Source of the DNA: Mitosporidium daphniae
Lineage: Eukaryota
DNA: 64,000 nucleotides
Assembly: GCF_000760515.2 (NCBI RefSeq)
Contig: NW_013546154.1
Coordinates: forward strand, 1-64,000
Direction of reading: 5' to 3'
The translations under genes and the position numbers were made by a program. The notes below the pieces were generated by a model. The model was not told the DNA's origin. It saw nothing but the letters and a program-made list of their open reading frames with translations, and ran no database searches. Within the stretch, counting starts at the first letter, position 1, and each line of letters starts with the position of its first letter. Of the stretch, positions 54,110 to 64,000 are shown in pieces.

Positions 54110-56935
54110 CTAGCAATCGCTTGGAAAATAATTTGAAAAGGAGGTATTTGACGTGCTTCCCTTTCGTCGATGGTCACCACCACTGCTGCCATTTGCGCGA
54201 TCATCGGCATGATCGTGATCATCAAGCCAAACATAGTATTTACAGCGAGTAGAAGATGCTTTCACACAAGTGGCATAGGGCCTTCCAACATTGGGGCCGC
54301 CTTTGACGTTAGAAACCTTTGCAATCAGGCCACAATTGCACTTTAATGTGGGGTCAGATAGGTCTGCAGACGCACAAGATTGATCTCTTGGCCTTTTTGC
54401 GCCATTTGCGCCTTTGAACCTGGTTTGATTTGCATGCAAATCTAAGGAACCACCACGAGTTTGTCTGGGAGCGTTTACGGTGTTTTCAACATCATCTGCC
54501 CATAAGAAAGCCCCGCAACTGGAGCCCTCTTTAAGCGAGCAGACATAAAAGAATCGGCCGGTATTTGGCCCACTCTTGCTCACCTTCCTTTTAACAACGG
54601 GAAGGTTGCAATTGCACAAATGGACAGCGTTAGCATCTTCAACATTGTCGCTGTACCCACTGGTGGGGCTAGATGTCTTGGTTGCTTTTTTCGACTTGGC
54701 TTTTGGCGGTTTGCAGGGTTTTCTCTTTTTGCCATGCTCGTCAAAGTCATCATGGTCGCTGGTGGTGTTTCGATATTCATCATCTTCATTTTCGCGCGAA
54801 ATGAAAGTGCCGGACTGCTCACTGGGCGCATCTTGTTGCCAGCCAACAGAATCTGCCTCTGCGCACATGTTTGAAAATGCCTAAATAAACTCCACATTCG
54901 CCATACATTATCGAGGAGATGTTTTGACGAAATCATAAGCTTGTAAGCATCGACAAACGCTTTGATGTAGTTTTGTAGCACAAATGTTTTCTCCAACTGG
55001 CCCATGCATACGGCATTAAGATCTTCTTCCAGCTAAAAATGTCAAAAACCCCGATACTTGTCTTCTGAGCATAGGCTTGGATAGCGACATTGAAAATCCG
55101 ATCGAGTCAAAGCCGGCTATTAAAGCAATGCCAAGGGGCGATGGTTCAAGTCTGCGATCCTTTGTCCTCCTAACATAGCCTCGTGTGATGACGGTGTTTA
55201 TATGGTCATGAATTGTTGCGTCAGTTCCTAGTATCAAGCTCAAAGAACCTACCAATTCCATTCCGATCCATAGTTGCAATCAGATCCGATTCGGATAGCA
55301 GCAGCGGAGCTGTTGTCCTTCCAGCGTCAATTTTCAATTCCTTTGGCATGATCTTTTCGTTCAGCGTAAACTTTGGGAGTGTAACTGCACTCCAAGTCTC
55401 ATATGGCTGATAAACCTCAAGATAATTTAGTTCTGTCGGATATGAGCCTGGAGGAAGAAGGAGAAAAGCATGCGATATATTATACCTTCGCAATGGAATG
55501 ACTCTTCATCTCGAATTGTCAATGTGGCAGAGGCTTTAAATCCAACGGCATCCTTTGAACAGCAGGCCAGAAATCTTCTCGTGATGTACTCGTAAATTTT
55601 GAATTCTTCCCCTTCCAACTCGATCCCGGGCTTTGTGGGATGAATGGGTGGATGTGCCTGGTCATCTTTTTTTCCTTTTCTTGGAGGCTGGAATAATTCG
55701 CTTTGCTCTGCAATAAGCCTACCAAAAGGACCAATCGACAATACCTTGCAGCAAAAGGGCCCCATTTTGGATGATTGCTTTGCTGCACAATGAGGGGCTT
55801 AAAATCAAACGAGGCTGGAAATACTTCGGTCTCCGTTCTTGGATAGCTGATGAATCCCCGGTTGTATAACGATTCGGCAATCTAAATAAACAAACAAGTC
55901 TCCCACCTTCATCAGCTTGTGGGATGAGATTTTCAAGTAGCTTGATGCAAATTTTTGTAAAGCAATCGTTGTCAGCGGATATGGCTTGCTAACGGGAAAG
56001 AAAAGTATGCAATACTATTTCGTTGTAGGGCTTTCAGCGTAGCTAGTAACAGTGGCCAATGGCGATTGCAGCAATCGCTCGAGAATCAACGTGGCAATAA
56101 GTGGGTCAAACAATCGACTCCGCCCCCATGCCAGATGAACGGTCTGGGTAGCCTTTTCGATTTCGAGCTTGATAGCCCAAAAGGGCTCTGAAATGAAATT
56201 TTTTCTTCGCCAATATTGCTCGACAACAAATCCCAAAGTGGGGAACTGGCAAGGCCCATAACTGATAATGGTTTTTGAATTTGTCCTTTGATATGCAAGA
56301 GTCAGAAATCTGGTGAATGCGCATCCAGTTCTGAGGTCGATTTCTTGTCGGACCTCGACAGCTTTGGCCTGGTTATAGTCCAGCTCTGTCAATCTTGACA
56401 TTGAATAGTAAATGTCTTTTGCAGTGACCGAAGAATATCTTGCTCGCTTGACGCAAAGATGTGTGTTGACTTGAAGACAGATCTTGGCAATACTAGAGCC
56501 TATGGCCTCTCCCTCCCGATCACAGTCGGTCCAAAGGATCAACACATCACAATTGCGAGCCTCTCGCTCCAGCGTCTTAAAAATGCCCTTGTTGTTCTAC
56601 ATTAAATATGCCAAGTGCCTGTACCTTGGAATCGTACTTGGATAAAAGCGGGGCGTAAAGAAGTTGCAATGGATCCACTTTTTGCCAATTTGAATAATCT
56701 TCAGAAAAATCGAGGCTCTCAATGTGGCCAAGAACGGATGTCATTATCATGTCTGCTGCAGCACCCTCGACATTGTGATATTCAAAGTCATATACACAAC
56801 AATACTTGTTTATTCCGGGTCTCTGCAGAGTAGTGGAAACCAAAATACCCTATTCAGCTGCCCCTTGGATAGGATAAAAGCTATAGATTTCGCCATGGCC
56901 GGTTTTTCTGCAACGTTAAGCACTCGTCTTCTCAT
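54110..56935 (-). CDS. TOP3: DNA topoisomerase III alpha with two C-terminal GRF zinc fingers
   Basis: VLNVAEKP, MTSVLGH, LILWTDCDREGE, SYGPCQFPTLGFVV, GFISYPRTET, AHPPIHP, GIGTDAT and GPNTGRFFYVC / GPNVGRPYATC fingers; many introns. Confidence 0.96.
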
Positions 56936-57024
56936 GTAAAATGAAAATTTTCTCCACGCGCAATGAAGCCAAAAAATTGGTTTTGCAATTTCCTGTTTTA
57001 TTTTTGGCTAAAAAATACAAAATT

Positions 57025-60000
57025 TTAATCAGACACAACTGGACGTGCCCTCCGTAACGCAGAGAACACGGAAAGCCCATTTTGTATGTCTGTGACAGCG
57101 GCATGCCACTGAAGCCTTTCCCTTGATGCCATTGTGGACCGGAATTGCCTACGTGAAGCATTTTCTTCTTCCTCCTTAGCAGAGATGGATGAGATGTAGT
57201 TTAAGATGAAAAACAAAGGAAGGCAGGTTGCCCCAATCAGAATTGATGCAGCCCATTCGAGCTTTGATAAAGGGACGGTTCCAAAAACGGTGCCGCCATA
57301 TTCAACGATCAAGAATTGCCCAAGAATCGAAAAAAAAAGCACAGAAAGAGAAATATGGTTGTCGAGCATGTTTTTGAACGGGTTGAAAAAAAACTTGTGC
57401 GCAATGCTTGCCGCTGAGCCTGGAAGCGGAGGTAGGGTGCGGCATAAGATTTCATTCCATAATTGCATCATCACAAAAGTATTGAAGACAAATGTCTTGT
57501 GTGTGTCAGAAAGGAAGCTAATCATGAGTAAAAGTACGACTATCTGGAAAAGAGCCATCCCAAGAATTCGTATCCACATCCCCTTGGTAACAAGCTGTCT
57601 ATTCAACCCCTCTGGCTTTCTATCGAGAAGCTCTGGAGTGGGCCCATCTGTTGCCAAGGCAAGAGCGCCAAGGGTGTCCATCAACAAATTGACCCAAAGA
57701 AGCTGTAGTGCATTAAATGCACCCCGACCATCTGAATTCAGCAAAGCTGAAATAAATGCCACCACAACGGCAGAGATATTTACGGTCAATTGAAATAGCA
57801 AAAATTTTCTTACAGAATCTCCAACACATCGGCCCCAGCTGATGGCCTTGACGATTGAGGAAAACTTGTCATCCATTAAAATGATCGAGGAAGCTTGCTT
57901 TGCAACTTCAGTACCAGTGATGCCCATTGAAAACCCCACGTGGGCTGATCTTAATGCAGGTCCGTCGTTTGTGCCATCTCCCGTTACCGTGACTATATCG
58001 CCTAAAGCCTTCAGCTTATTTACAAGAATTTGCTTGTCTAGGGGAGAAGATCGAGACAAGACCTGAAGACGAGGCACGATCTTGTTTAACGTGGCTTCAT
58101 CAAGAGACCGGAATCTTGGGCCTTCAATGGCAAGCCCGCCTCTCATCAATATTCCAGCTCTTTTAGCAATTGAAGAGGCCGTTTCTAGAGAATCTCCAGT
58201 AACCATTCGGATGGAGATACCCGCTCTCTGGCAAGATAATACCGCTTTAGGGACATCTTCTCTCAAAGGATCTTCGATACCAACCATTCCAATGTATACT
58301 CGACTCATCTCCGATGAGTCATCGCCGGTAAAGTAATCCATACCACCGGCAGATTTACCTACACCATCATCGGGAGAATAATAAGCAAAGGCTATTGTCC
58401 TCAATCCCATGCGTGAAAGACGCCACTGTGTAGCTTTAATTGCAGCATCGTCAATAGGAACTTTTTCAACCGTTGCATGGGTAGTTGAGTTGATCGATAG
58501 CTGCATAGAGCAACTTGCCAGAATAAGTTCAGGGGCGCCCTTGATCAATATTAAGGGGGGTCTCCCAGCTTTAGATTGGTCAATCGAAACTTTCATCATC
58601 TTTCGCTCAGAACTAAAGGGAACCATATCAGCAATAACTTTTCCAGACTGGATTGAATTTACACGCTGCATGCACGGATCTTCGATTCCGAGCTTTTGGA
58701 GCATTTGCAAAAGCGCGACTTCAGTTTTTGAGCCGATAACAGAATCCTTGTTTTGGTCGCCAAGGGATGGAATTATGGCTGTAGAGTTTAGGATGATCGA
58801 ATCAACAAACAATTCCTTTTCTCTGGCATTTTCTTCGAACAAAGGAAGCAATGGGCGCAGCAGATCATCATCCTCATAGCCGGAATGGCAATTCGATGTC
58901 GACGCATCCTCGCTGATGTCCTCCTCAAATTGCCCGTAGAAATCTTCCTCCAAAGAGCCCTTGTCTTCTGAAATGACGCCAAAAGCGACGCCAAAAAGGG
59001 ATCCACCAACCACCGACATTTGATTGGTAGTCAGGGTCCCAGTTTTATCTGTACAAATGCAAGTAGCAGAGCCCATTGTTTCACAGGCTGACAAAACACG
59101 GACGAGATTATTTTCGGCCGTCATTTTTGTTGAGGCAAAAGCAAGGGTTAGGGTTACCGCCATTGGAAGCCCCTCCGGCACAGCAACCACCAAAATCGTA
59201 ACCGCTTGAATAAATATGTTCGTGATGGCTAGAATGAGATCAGAAGGGTTTGTAAGCAAATTTCGCTCGGAAATCAGCAACTTTATCAAAAGAGAGCCAA
59301 ATAAAAGCAGCGCAGAGGCTATTCCAAAATATGCTATTTTCTCTGCCAAGTTGAAAAGCTGCTTTTGTAAAGGGGTGATTGATGGAGCACCCTGCTGACC
59401 GCTACCGTCATCCATCATGGATGTCATAATTTGACCATGGAGTGAATGGCGTCCCACAGCCAGAATCAGCATCTTTCCTATGCCTTCGCAAACGGTCGTT
59501 CCAGACAATAAGAAGTAGTCGTCATCATTGCCCTTCCTGATAGGCTTTGATTCGCCAGTTAAAGAAGATTCGTCAATTACTAAAGAATGGCCGTCAACAA
59601 GTATTCCATCTGCTGGAATAACCTCGCCAGCTTCTAGAAGCACAATATCTCCAACAAGTAGGGTGAAAACTGAGACCATTTTTTCTTTGGAGTTGCGCAA
59701 GACGTGTATTTGGCGATCGGTATTCTTTTGATGCAGGGAACGAAATTTCCGATCCTTGACCCAATCGTTGAGGGAAGAAATTATCACCACGCTAAAAACG
59801 GCAGCTAAAATGGCAGCGCCTTCCAACCATTCGTGGGATGTAGCATCTGGAACAAAAAGCATCCGATAAAAGCCAATGATTAGTGAAATGAACGAGGCGA
59901 TCATTAGCATGATGAGGGTTTTATCGTGCATTGCGTCCCAAATGAATCTAAACAAAAGCTTTGACGGCGGAGTAGGGAGTTTATTTTCGCCAAAAAATAG

Positions 60001-60168
60001 AACCCTTTCACTAGAATCTTGATCGCTGAACATCAGCCCGTGGTCGGCGTTTGAGCGCAGCATATCTAGCAGGCCAGGAATGCCGCCATAATGCTCAACT
60101 TGTGAACATGACTTTTCTGCAACGAGTTTGGACAGCTCTTCAGGAGCCACCGCAGTCATATTGGTCAT
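57025..60168 (-). CDS. PMC1: P-type IIB Ca2+-ATPase (PMCA/Pmc1)
   Basis: DESSLTGES, VVAVPEGLPMAVT, CTDKTGTLT, KGAPE, MVTGD, TGDGTNDGPAL, LLWVNLLMDT; intronless. Confidence 0.97.
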   Translation of the reverse strand: MTNMTAVAPEELSKLVAEKSCSQVEHYGGIPGLLDMLRSNADHGLMFSDQDSSERVLFFGENKLPTPPSKLLFRFIWDAMHDKTLIMLMIASFISLIIGFYRMLFVPDATSHEWLEGAAILAAVFSVVIISSLNDWVKDRKFRSLHQKNTDRQIHVLRNSKEKMVSVFTLLVGDIVLLEAGEVIPADGILVDGHSLVIDESSLTGESKPIRKGNDDDYFLLSGTTVCEGIGKMLILAVGRHSLHGQIMTSMMDDGSGQQGAPSITPLQKQLFNLAEKIAYFGIASALLLFGSLLIKLLISERNLLTNPSDLILAITNIFIQAVTILVVAVPEGLPMAVTLTLAFASTKMTAENNLVRVLSACETMGSATCICTDKTGTLTTNQMSVVGGSLFGVAFGVISEDKGSLEEDFYGQFEEDISEDASTSNCHSGYEDDDLLRPLLPLFEENAREKELFVDSIILNSTAIIPSLGDQNKDSVIGSKTEVALLQMLQKLGIEDPCMQRVNSIQSGKVIADMVPFSSERKMMKVSIDQSKAGRPPLILIKGAPELILASCSMQLSINSTTHATVEKVPIDDAAIKATQWRLSRMGLRTIAFAYYSPDDGVGKSAGGMDYFTGDDSSEMSRVYIGMVGIEDPLREDVPKAVLSCQRAGISIRMVTGDSLETASSIAKRAGILMRGGLAIEGPRFRSLDEATLNKIVPRLQVLSRSSPLDKQILVNKLKALGDIVTVTGDGTNDGPALRSAHVGFSMGITGTEVAKQASSIILMDDKFSSIVKAISWGRCVGDSVRKFLLFQLTVNISAVVVAFISALLNSDGRGAFNALQLLWVNLLMDTLGALALATDGPTPELLDRKPEGLNRQLVTKGMWIRILGMALFQIVVLLLMISFLSDTHKTFVFNTFVMMQLWNEILCRTLPPLPGSAASIAHKFFFNPFKNMLDNHISLSVLFFSILGQFLIVEYGGTVFGTVPLSKLEWAASILIGATCLPLFFILNYISSISAKEEEENASRRQFRSTMASRERLQWHAAVTDIQNGLSVFSALRRARPVVSD

Positions 60169-60556
60169 GTTGAAATCGATCAATGCAATGTTAATTAAAA
60201 TCAATCACCAATTGGCCCCAATTATGGGCAACATGAAACCAATAGGAAACCAAATTTAAATCAAAATGCAAACTGATCTATCCACAACATTTAAAAAATA
60301 TTCAAATTAATTTGATGAACAAATATGTGGATCGGATCCGATCGATGTTTCAATAAATTGGATTCTTTATTTGGCAGCCGCAAATTTTTAACTATCCAGC
60401 CGATCATGGATGGCCTACTTTTGGGGCTACAATGCAGCACTGGTCCTATTTACCAGGTACCTCTGATAACTATAGCTGCGTTCCGTTTGCCGTATTGCAC
60501 CCCGCCATATGTGTCTGTCTCTGTTGTAACGCGATTGTCACATTGCCAAATTAGGG

Positions 60557-60641
60557 TTAATTTAATTTAATTTAATTTAATTTAATTTAATTTCATTCAA
60601 TTCAATTCAATTTAATTTCATTCAATTCAATTTAATTTCAT
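60557..60641. repeat. Pentanucleotide microsatellite (TTAAT/TTCAA/TTCAT)n just upstream of MPE1
   Basis: About 17 five-base units, preceded by TTAGGGTTA at 60551. Confidence 0.95.
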
Positions 60642-60646
60642 TTTTG

Positions 60647-61711
60647 ATGCTTCCCGCAGCAGCCGCTGCGGGCTATTCCTTTATCAGATACAAGTTTGCA
60701 TCTGCCAACTACTTTGATACTATTCACTGTGAAGGCCTAAGTATGCCCCTCTGGGAGCTTAGAGATGAAATCATAGCAGCCAAGAGGCTCGGCCGCCTTA
60801 TCGACTGTGATATCCACCTATTTGATGAACAGACAAAGGAAGAATATTTGGATGACAACTATTGCGTGCCCAGAAACTCGCTTGTCATAGTAAAAAGGCT
60901 CCCAAAATCCATCAACACTACGTCTGCAAACAGAGGGCTTGGTGGCGGCCGAATGCGGACCATGGCTGTGATGCAAGAATCCGCCCAGTTCGGCAATCCC
61001 AACCAATCTCGCCAAAATTTTCAAGTGCCGCTCAATGAGCAGGCGGTCGAGCAGAAGCCTATTCTTGGCACTGGGCTTTCTACGTATCTAACCCTAACCC
61101 TTTTTATCATAGGATGACCCCGGAGGTTTTATTGCATTGTCACTAATAGATAGCTTTTGGAAGAAGAAGCCCGTATTCAGGCCATGTCTAGGGCTACCTC
61201 GGAAATGTTTACAAAACACTTGGACATGCAGGAAATTCTTGGATTATCCCAGTATCGGTTCTCGCTTTATTTTTGTAGGGCAGAGCGATTTTCGACGAGA
61301 AAACCCCAACTCCAGCAAGCGTCATCGACACACCAGCCTTCAGGAAGAATTCCACATCCCAATTACATCTGCTATCGATGCGGATCAAAAGGTTTGCCAT
61401 GATCGACACTTAGTGTAGATCATTATATTTCCGACTGCACCTATGGAATGGTTCTTTCTGCCGATGGGAAGCTGCAGCCCATGCAAATGATGAAGCGCGT
61501 AACGGGAATCCCGAAGACATTCTTGGAGCAGGCTAAGGAGGAGGAGGAGTCCCCCAATGCCCGCCTGGAGACAAAAAAGCGGATGATTTCATATGACGGC
61601 TCCATGGTCTACTTTGCGCCGAACACTCGCGAATGGAACAAGTTTTCGTCAATGGCTGCTGCGGAATGCGAGGAGCCCTTTGTAGAGGCCGATGACGACC
61701 CCGACCATTAA
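60647..61711 (+). CDS. MPE1: Mpe1/RBBP6 3'-end processing factor (DWNN domain and zinc knuckle)
   Basis: SFIRYKFAS...TKEEY.DD...VPRNS.VIVKRLP, EEARI.AM, PHPNYICYRCGSK|DHYISDC, KRVTGIPKTFL; 4 introns and a 13-nt micro-exon. Confidence 0.92.
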
Positions 61712-61975
61712 TTCCCACCCTACAATTACTAAATGGACGCTTTGGCGAAGCCGCAGAGCATTTCAGCCGCAGCATGTTTATTGGTGTGCAGATTTTAGCA
61801 CCTGATCGCTTTGTCAATGGAACTTGAATTTTTGATGACCGATAATCAAATGATTGCTGCAATTTTAAATTTTTAACTGCCAAATTTGACTTAAATGAAT
61901 TATTCGGGTGCGTGACTAATTTACACCAATGAAACGCAAAATTAGTCGAATTTTGATGCATCGCATTTTTCATTA

Positions 61976-63055
61976 ATGAGACCCACAACCTCAGTGTTTG
62001 CTTTGGCTCTTGGTGCCATAGTTGCTATATCTACGCTATTTTTTCTTTCCACTATTTTTATTGTTAACAAAAGCACGCAAGAAACCCAGCTAGCGGCGTC
62101 AAAGCAAGCTATCCCTGGAGTGAAGCTCTTCGATACACAAGAAAAGTCGCTAAGCCATAAAGCTCACTCGCTGCCAAGTACTAGCCCTGCGCTCACTTTG
62201 ACTCCTACACATATAGATCCTGCTTCCGGTTTGGGTGATTTTATGTCTTCTAGCGTCTTGCTATCGATCATCAGGATTTGTACGATTGGATTTGTTTTTG
62301 TTTCAGTAGCTATTTTTTCTAATCATTTCCCAAAAAAGCTCACTAGAATTCTGGTGAAAAACGTTCTTGTAGAATATGTCCGTAATGGGGTCTCAGATTT
62401 CGTAAATTGGTTCTGGTGTATTCCTCCACAACCTGCTTCTCCCTTGACGAGGGCTAAAGACCGCCTTTTATCCGTAAGCACCACTATTTTGACAACGATC
62501 TTCGGGAAAGACTCATATATTTTAAATGGGATATACACGATATTGAACGATGTAATTCTTGATGGAATGCTTATACCAATGTTTAACGCTACTATCATTT
62601 ATCCTTGCACAAACCCACTTAGCGTATTTATCCCTGTTTTTGATTTGCTGATGTATATTCCTCGAATCAGCTTAAATGTTTTTTGTTCCTTAGTTTTTGA
62701 ACCAGCAAATAACCCCCCTAACCCTGGTACAGATCCATATTACCCAATTCCTCTGAATAGACTTGCTTTTGGAAGATTGGGTTTCTTGCGCAGCATTGGA
62801 GTTATATTCATGTTTGGCGGGATTTTGTATGCATATCTGTGTCTTATTTTTGCCCTTTGGTCTTTGAATGAAACTATAATATGCTCTATTGGGATGTTCT
62901 TGAGCCAGCTGTTTTTTGAAATCCTGACAATATTATGGAAACTAATGGTGGATGTGTTTTTAATGTTTCTGAATTTCCTCTGGGTTAAACTCTTCACTAT
63001 GAGAATAGGGAAAAACATATGGTCCTATTTCGGTTTCGGTGAAAAGAAAAATTAG
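61976..63055 (+). CDS. Orphan multi-pass membrane protein (359 aa)
   Basis: Intronless, T-rich ORF with an N-terminal signal anchor and several hydrophobic segments; no family recognised. Confidence 0.6.
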   Translation: MRPTTSVFALALGAIVAISTLFFLSTIFIVNKSTQETQLAASKQAIPGVKLFDTQEKSLSHKAHSLPSTSPALTLTPTHIDPASGLGDFMSSSVLLSIIRICTIGFVFVSVAIFSNHFPKKLTRILVKNVLVEYVRNGVSDFVNWFWCIPPQPASPLTRAKDRLLSVSTTILTTIFGKDSYILNGIYTILNDVILDGMLIPMFNATIIYPCTNPLSVFIPVFDLLMYIPRISLNVFCSLVFEPANNPPNPGTDPYYPIPLNRLAFGRLGFLRSIGVIFMFGGILYAYLCLIFALWSLNETIICSIGMFLSQLFFEILTILWKLMVDVFLMFLNFLWVKLFTMRIGKNIWSYFGFGEKKN

Positions 63056-63187
63056 CGAATCCGGTTTCCGTTCCAGGGGGGGGGGAGCCTATAAAATTTA
63101 TTTAGTAAAATTTGACTTTAACATGCGTGTCCGTACTTGAGATCCAATCAAGTGTGAGGCTGTTCAATTTATTTTCATACTAGCGCG

Positions 63188-63811
63188 TCATCCTTGTGTT
63201 TGTTCAAGGCGGCTGTGCAGCCCATGTATGGAGCAAACGACGGTGCTCAAAATCCGCAGTATATTGGCAAGTGCCTCCTCAACAGCATCTGTCGCCACTG
63301 TGTCCTGCTGAATTGGAGTTAAAATAGAAGGCATCTGAGCGGAAGGCGGCTTATATGCGCCTGCTAGCCTTGCCAGGGCAGTTGTTCCCTTCATAATTGC
63401 TTCGATGTCTTCAATCAGGGATCTTTCCCACGGGCGCAGCGGGATCGAATGCTTTCTGATGATCTCCATCGCTTTAAAAGTACGCAGGATGAGCAGCCCG
63501 GTGAGACGGAGGCGCCTCTTCAGTGCTTCCATCCGCAGATCCGCTTGCGTGAGAATGGGAAGTGTTGCGGTAAGTCTGTCAAGAAGCTCATTTCTTTTGC
63601 CATCGAGAAGTGCACGGCGGGCAACTTGAGCTTCTGCACGCTGGTGCAGGGCATCAAAGCCAACCACGCGGACCGGAACTCGGCGCTCCGAGTCGCCCTC
63701 TTCGACAACGACATTCCAGAAGACATGGCTGAAAGTGGATGACCCTGCATTGTTGGAAACATCATACGAGAGCGCAATGTGCTCCAATAAAACCAAGGGG
63801 TGGGCAGCCAT
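63188..63811 (-). CDS. NUP57: Nucleoporin Nup54/Nup57 structured domain
   Basis: F.HVFWN, VPVRVVGFDALHQRAEAQ and LKRR....GLLILR.FKAMEIIRK..IPL.P.ERSL match the Nup54/57 alpha-helical domain. Confidence 0.8.
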   Translation of the reverse strand: MAAHPLVLLEHIALSYDVSNNAGSSTFSHVFWNVVVEEGDSERRVPVRVVGFDALHQRAEAQVARRALLDGKRNELLDRLTATLPILTQADLRMEALKRRLRLTGLLILRTFKAMEIIRKHSIPLRPWERSLIEDIEAIMKGTTALARLAGAYKPPSAQMPSILTPIQQDTVATDAVEEALANILRILSTVVCSIHGLHSRLEQTQG

Positions 63812-64000
63812 GTCAATAAAATTAAATTCAATTCGTAAATCTGACGGCGGTGCCTTCGCAAACTACATATGTTGTCATGTCTTTTCATACCCTTCCAAGC
63901 GTTGAGTTTTGTCATGCCTCCAATGTCTGCCCAGGCGTTAAATGGACATCAAAACCATTTTGATGCTGGAGCGCTGCGGCATGACGCCTGTTTCAATATA

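Noticed and set aside
57206..59731. Long antisense ORFs opposite PMC1, and similar shadows opposite other genes
   Set aside because: Typical antisense shadows of real CDS, with no recognisable motifs.
1..64000. Widespread frameshifts, pseudogenes or an alternative genetic code suggested by fragmented ORFs
   Set aside because: Nearly all breaks in recognisable genes resolve with 23-34 nt GT/GC-AG introns under the standard code.
63830..64000. 3' end of a minus-strand gene at the window edge (DIGGM-like motif)
   Set aside because: Too short and splice-ambiguous to identify.

Overview
Very compact, gene-dense eukaryotic DNA. About 37 protein-coding genes are separated by gaps as short as 14-50 bp and interrupted by many 23-34 nt spliceosomal introns, which is why the six-frame ORF track is fragmented. 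Mitochondrial genes (PPR protein, SLC25 carrier, frataxin, CHCH protein), mini-introns and AT-rich start contexts suggest a short-branch microsporidian or rozellid such as Mitosporidium; this is inference. Recognised genes: a WD40 protein, AlaX, NPL4, SED5, QTRT1, ATE1, DDX60-like helicase, SNF7, START-type PITP, TANGO2, SEC8, ERG13, UTP21, a DHHC enzyme, PSF1, TRM1, CMS1, RPA2, KIN17, UBE2J1-type E2, POT1, RKI1, NNF1, frataxin, ERG20, PKA-R, an SLC17-like MFS, TOP3, PMC1, MPE1 and NUP54/57. Best leads: (1) a divergent NELF-C/D (TH1) pausing-factor homolog at 10428-12500; (2) an H/ACA snoRNA with an snR31/SNORA8-type 18S guide pocket at about 53495-53632; (3) a structured 680-bp gap with a telomere-template-like CCCTAACCCTA, a weak telomerase RNA candidate; (4) compound introns that need nested splicing or 3-12 nt micro-exons; (5) a Mia40-like protein without the CPC motif; (6) an FG-less Nup54/57; (7) GC-AG introns and a GAG acceptor. 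Protein assignments come from remembered family motifs, and exon structures were spliced by hand. No searches were run. I saw no CRISPR array, rRNA, tRNA or intact transposon.
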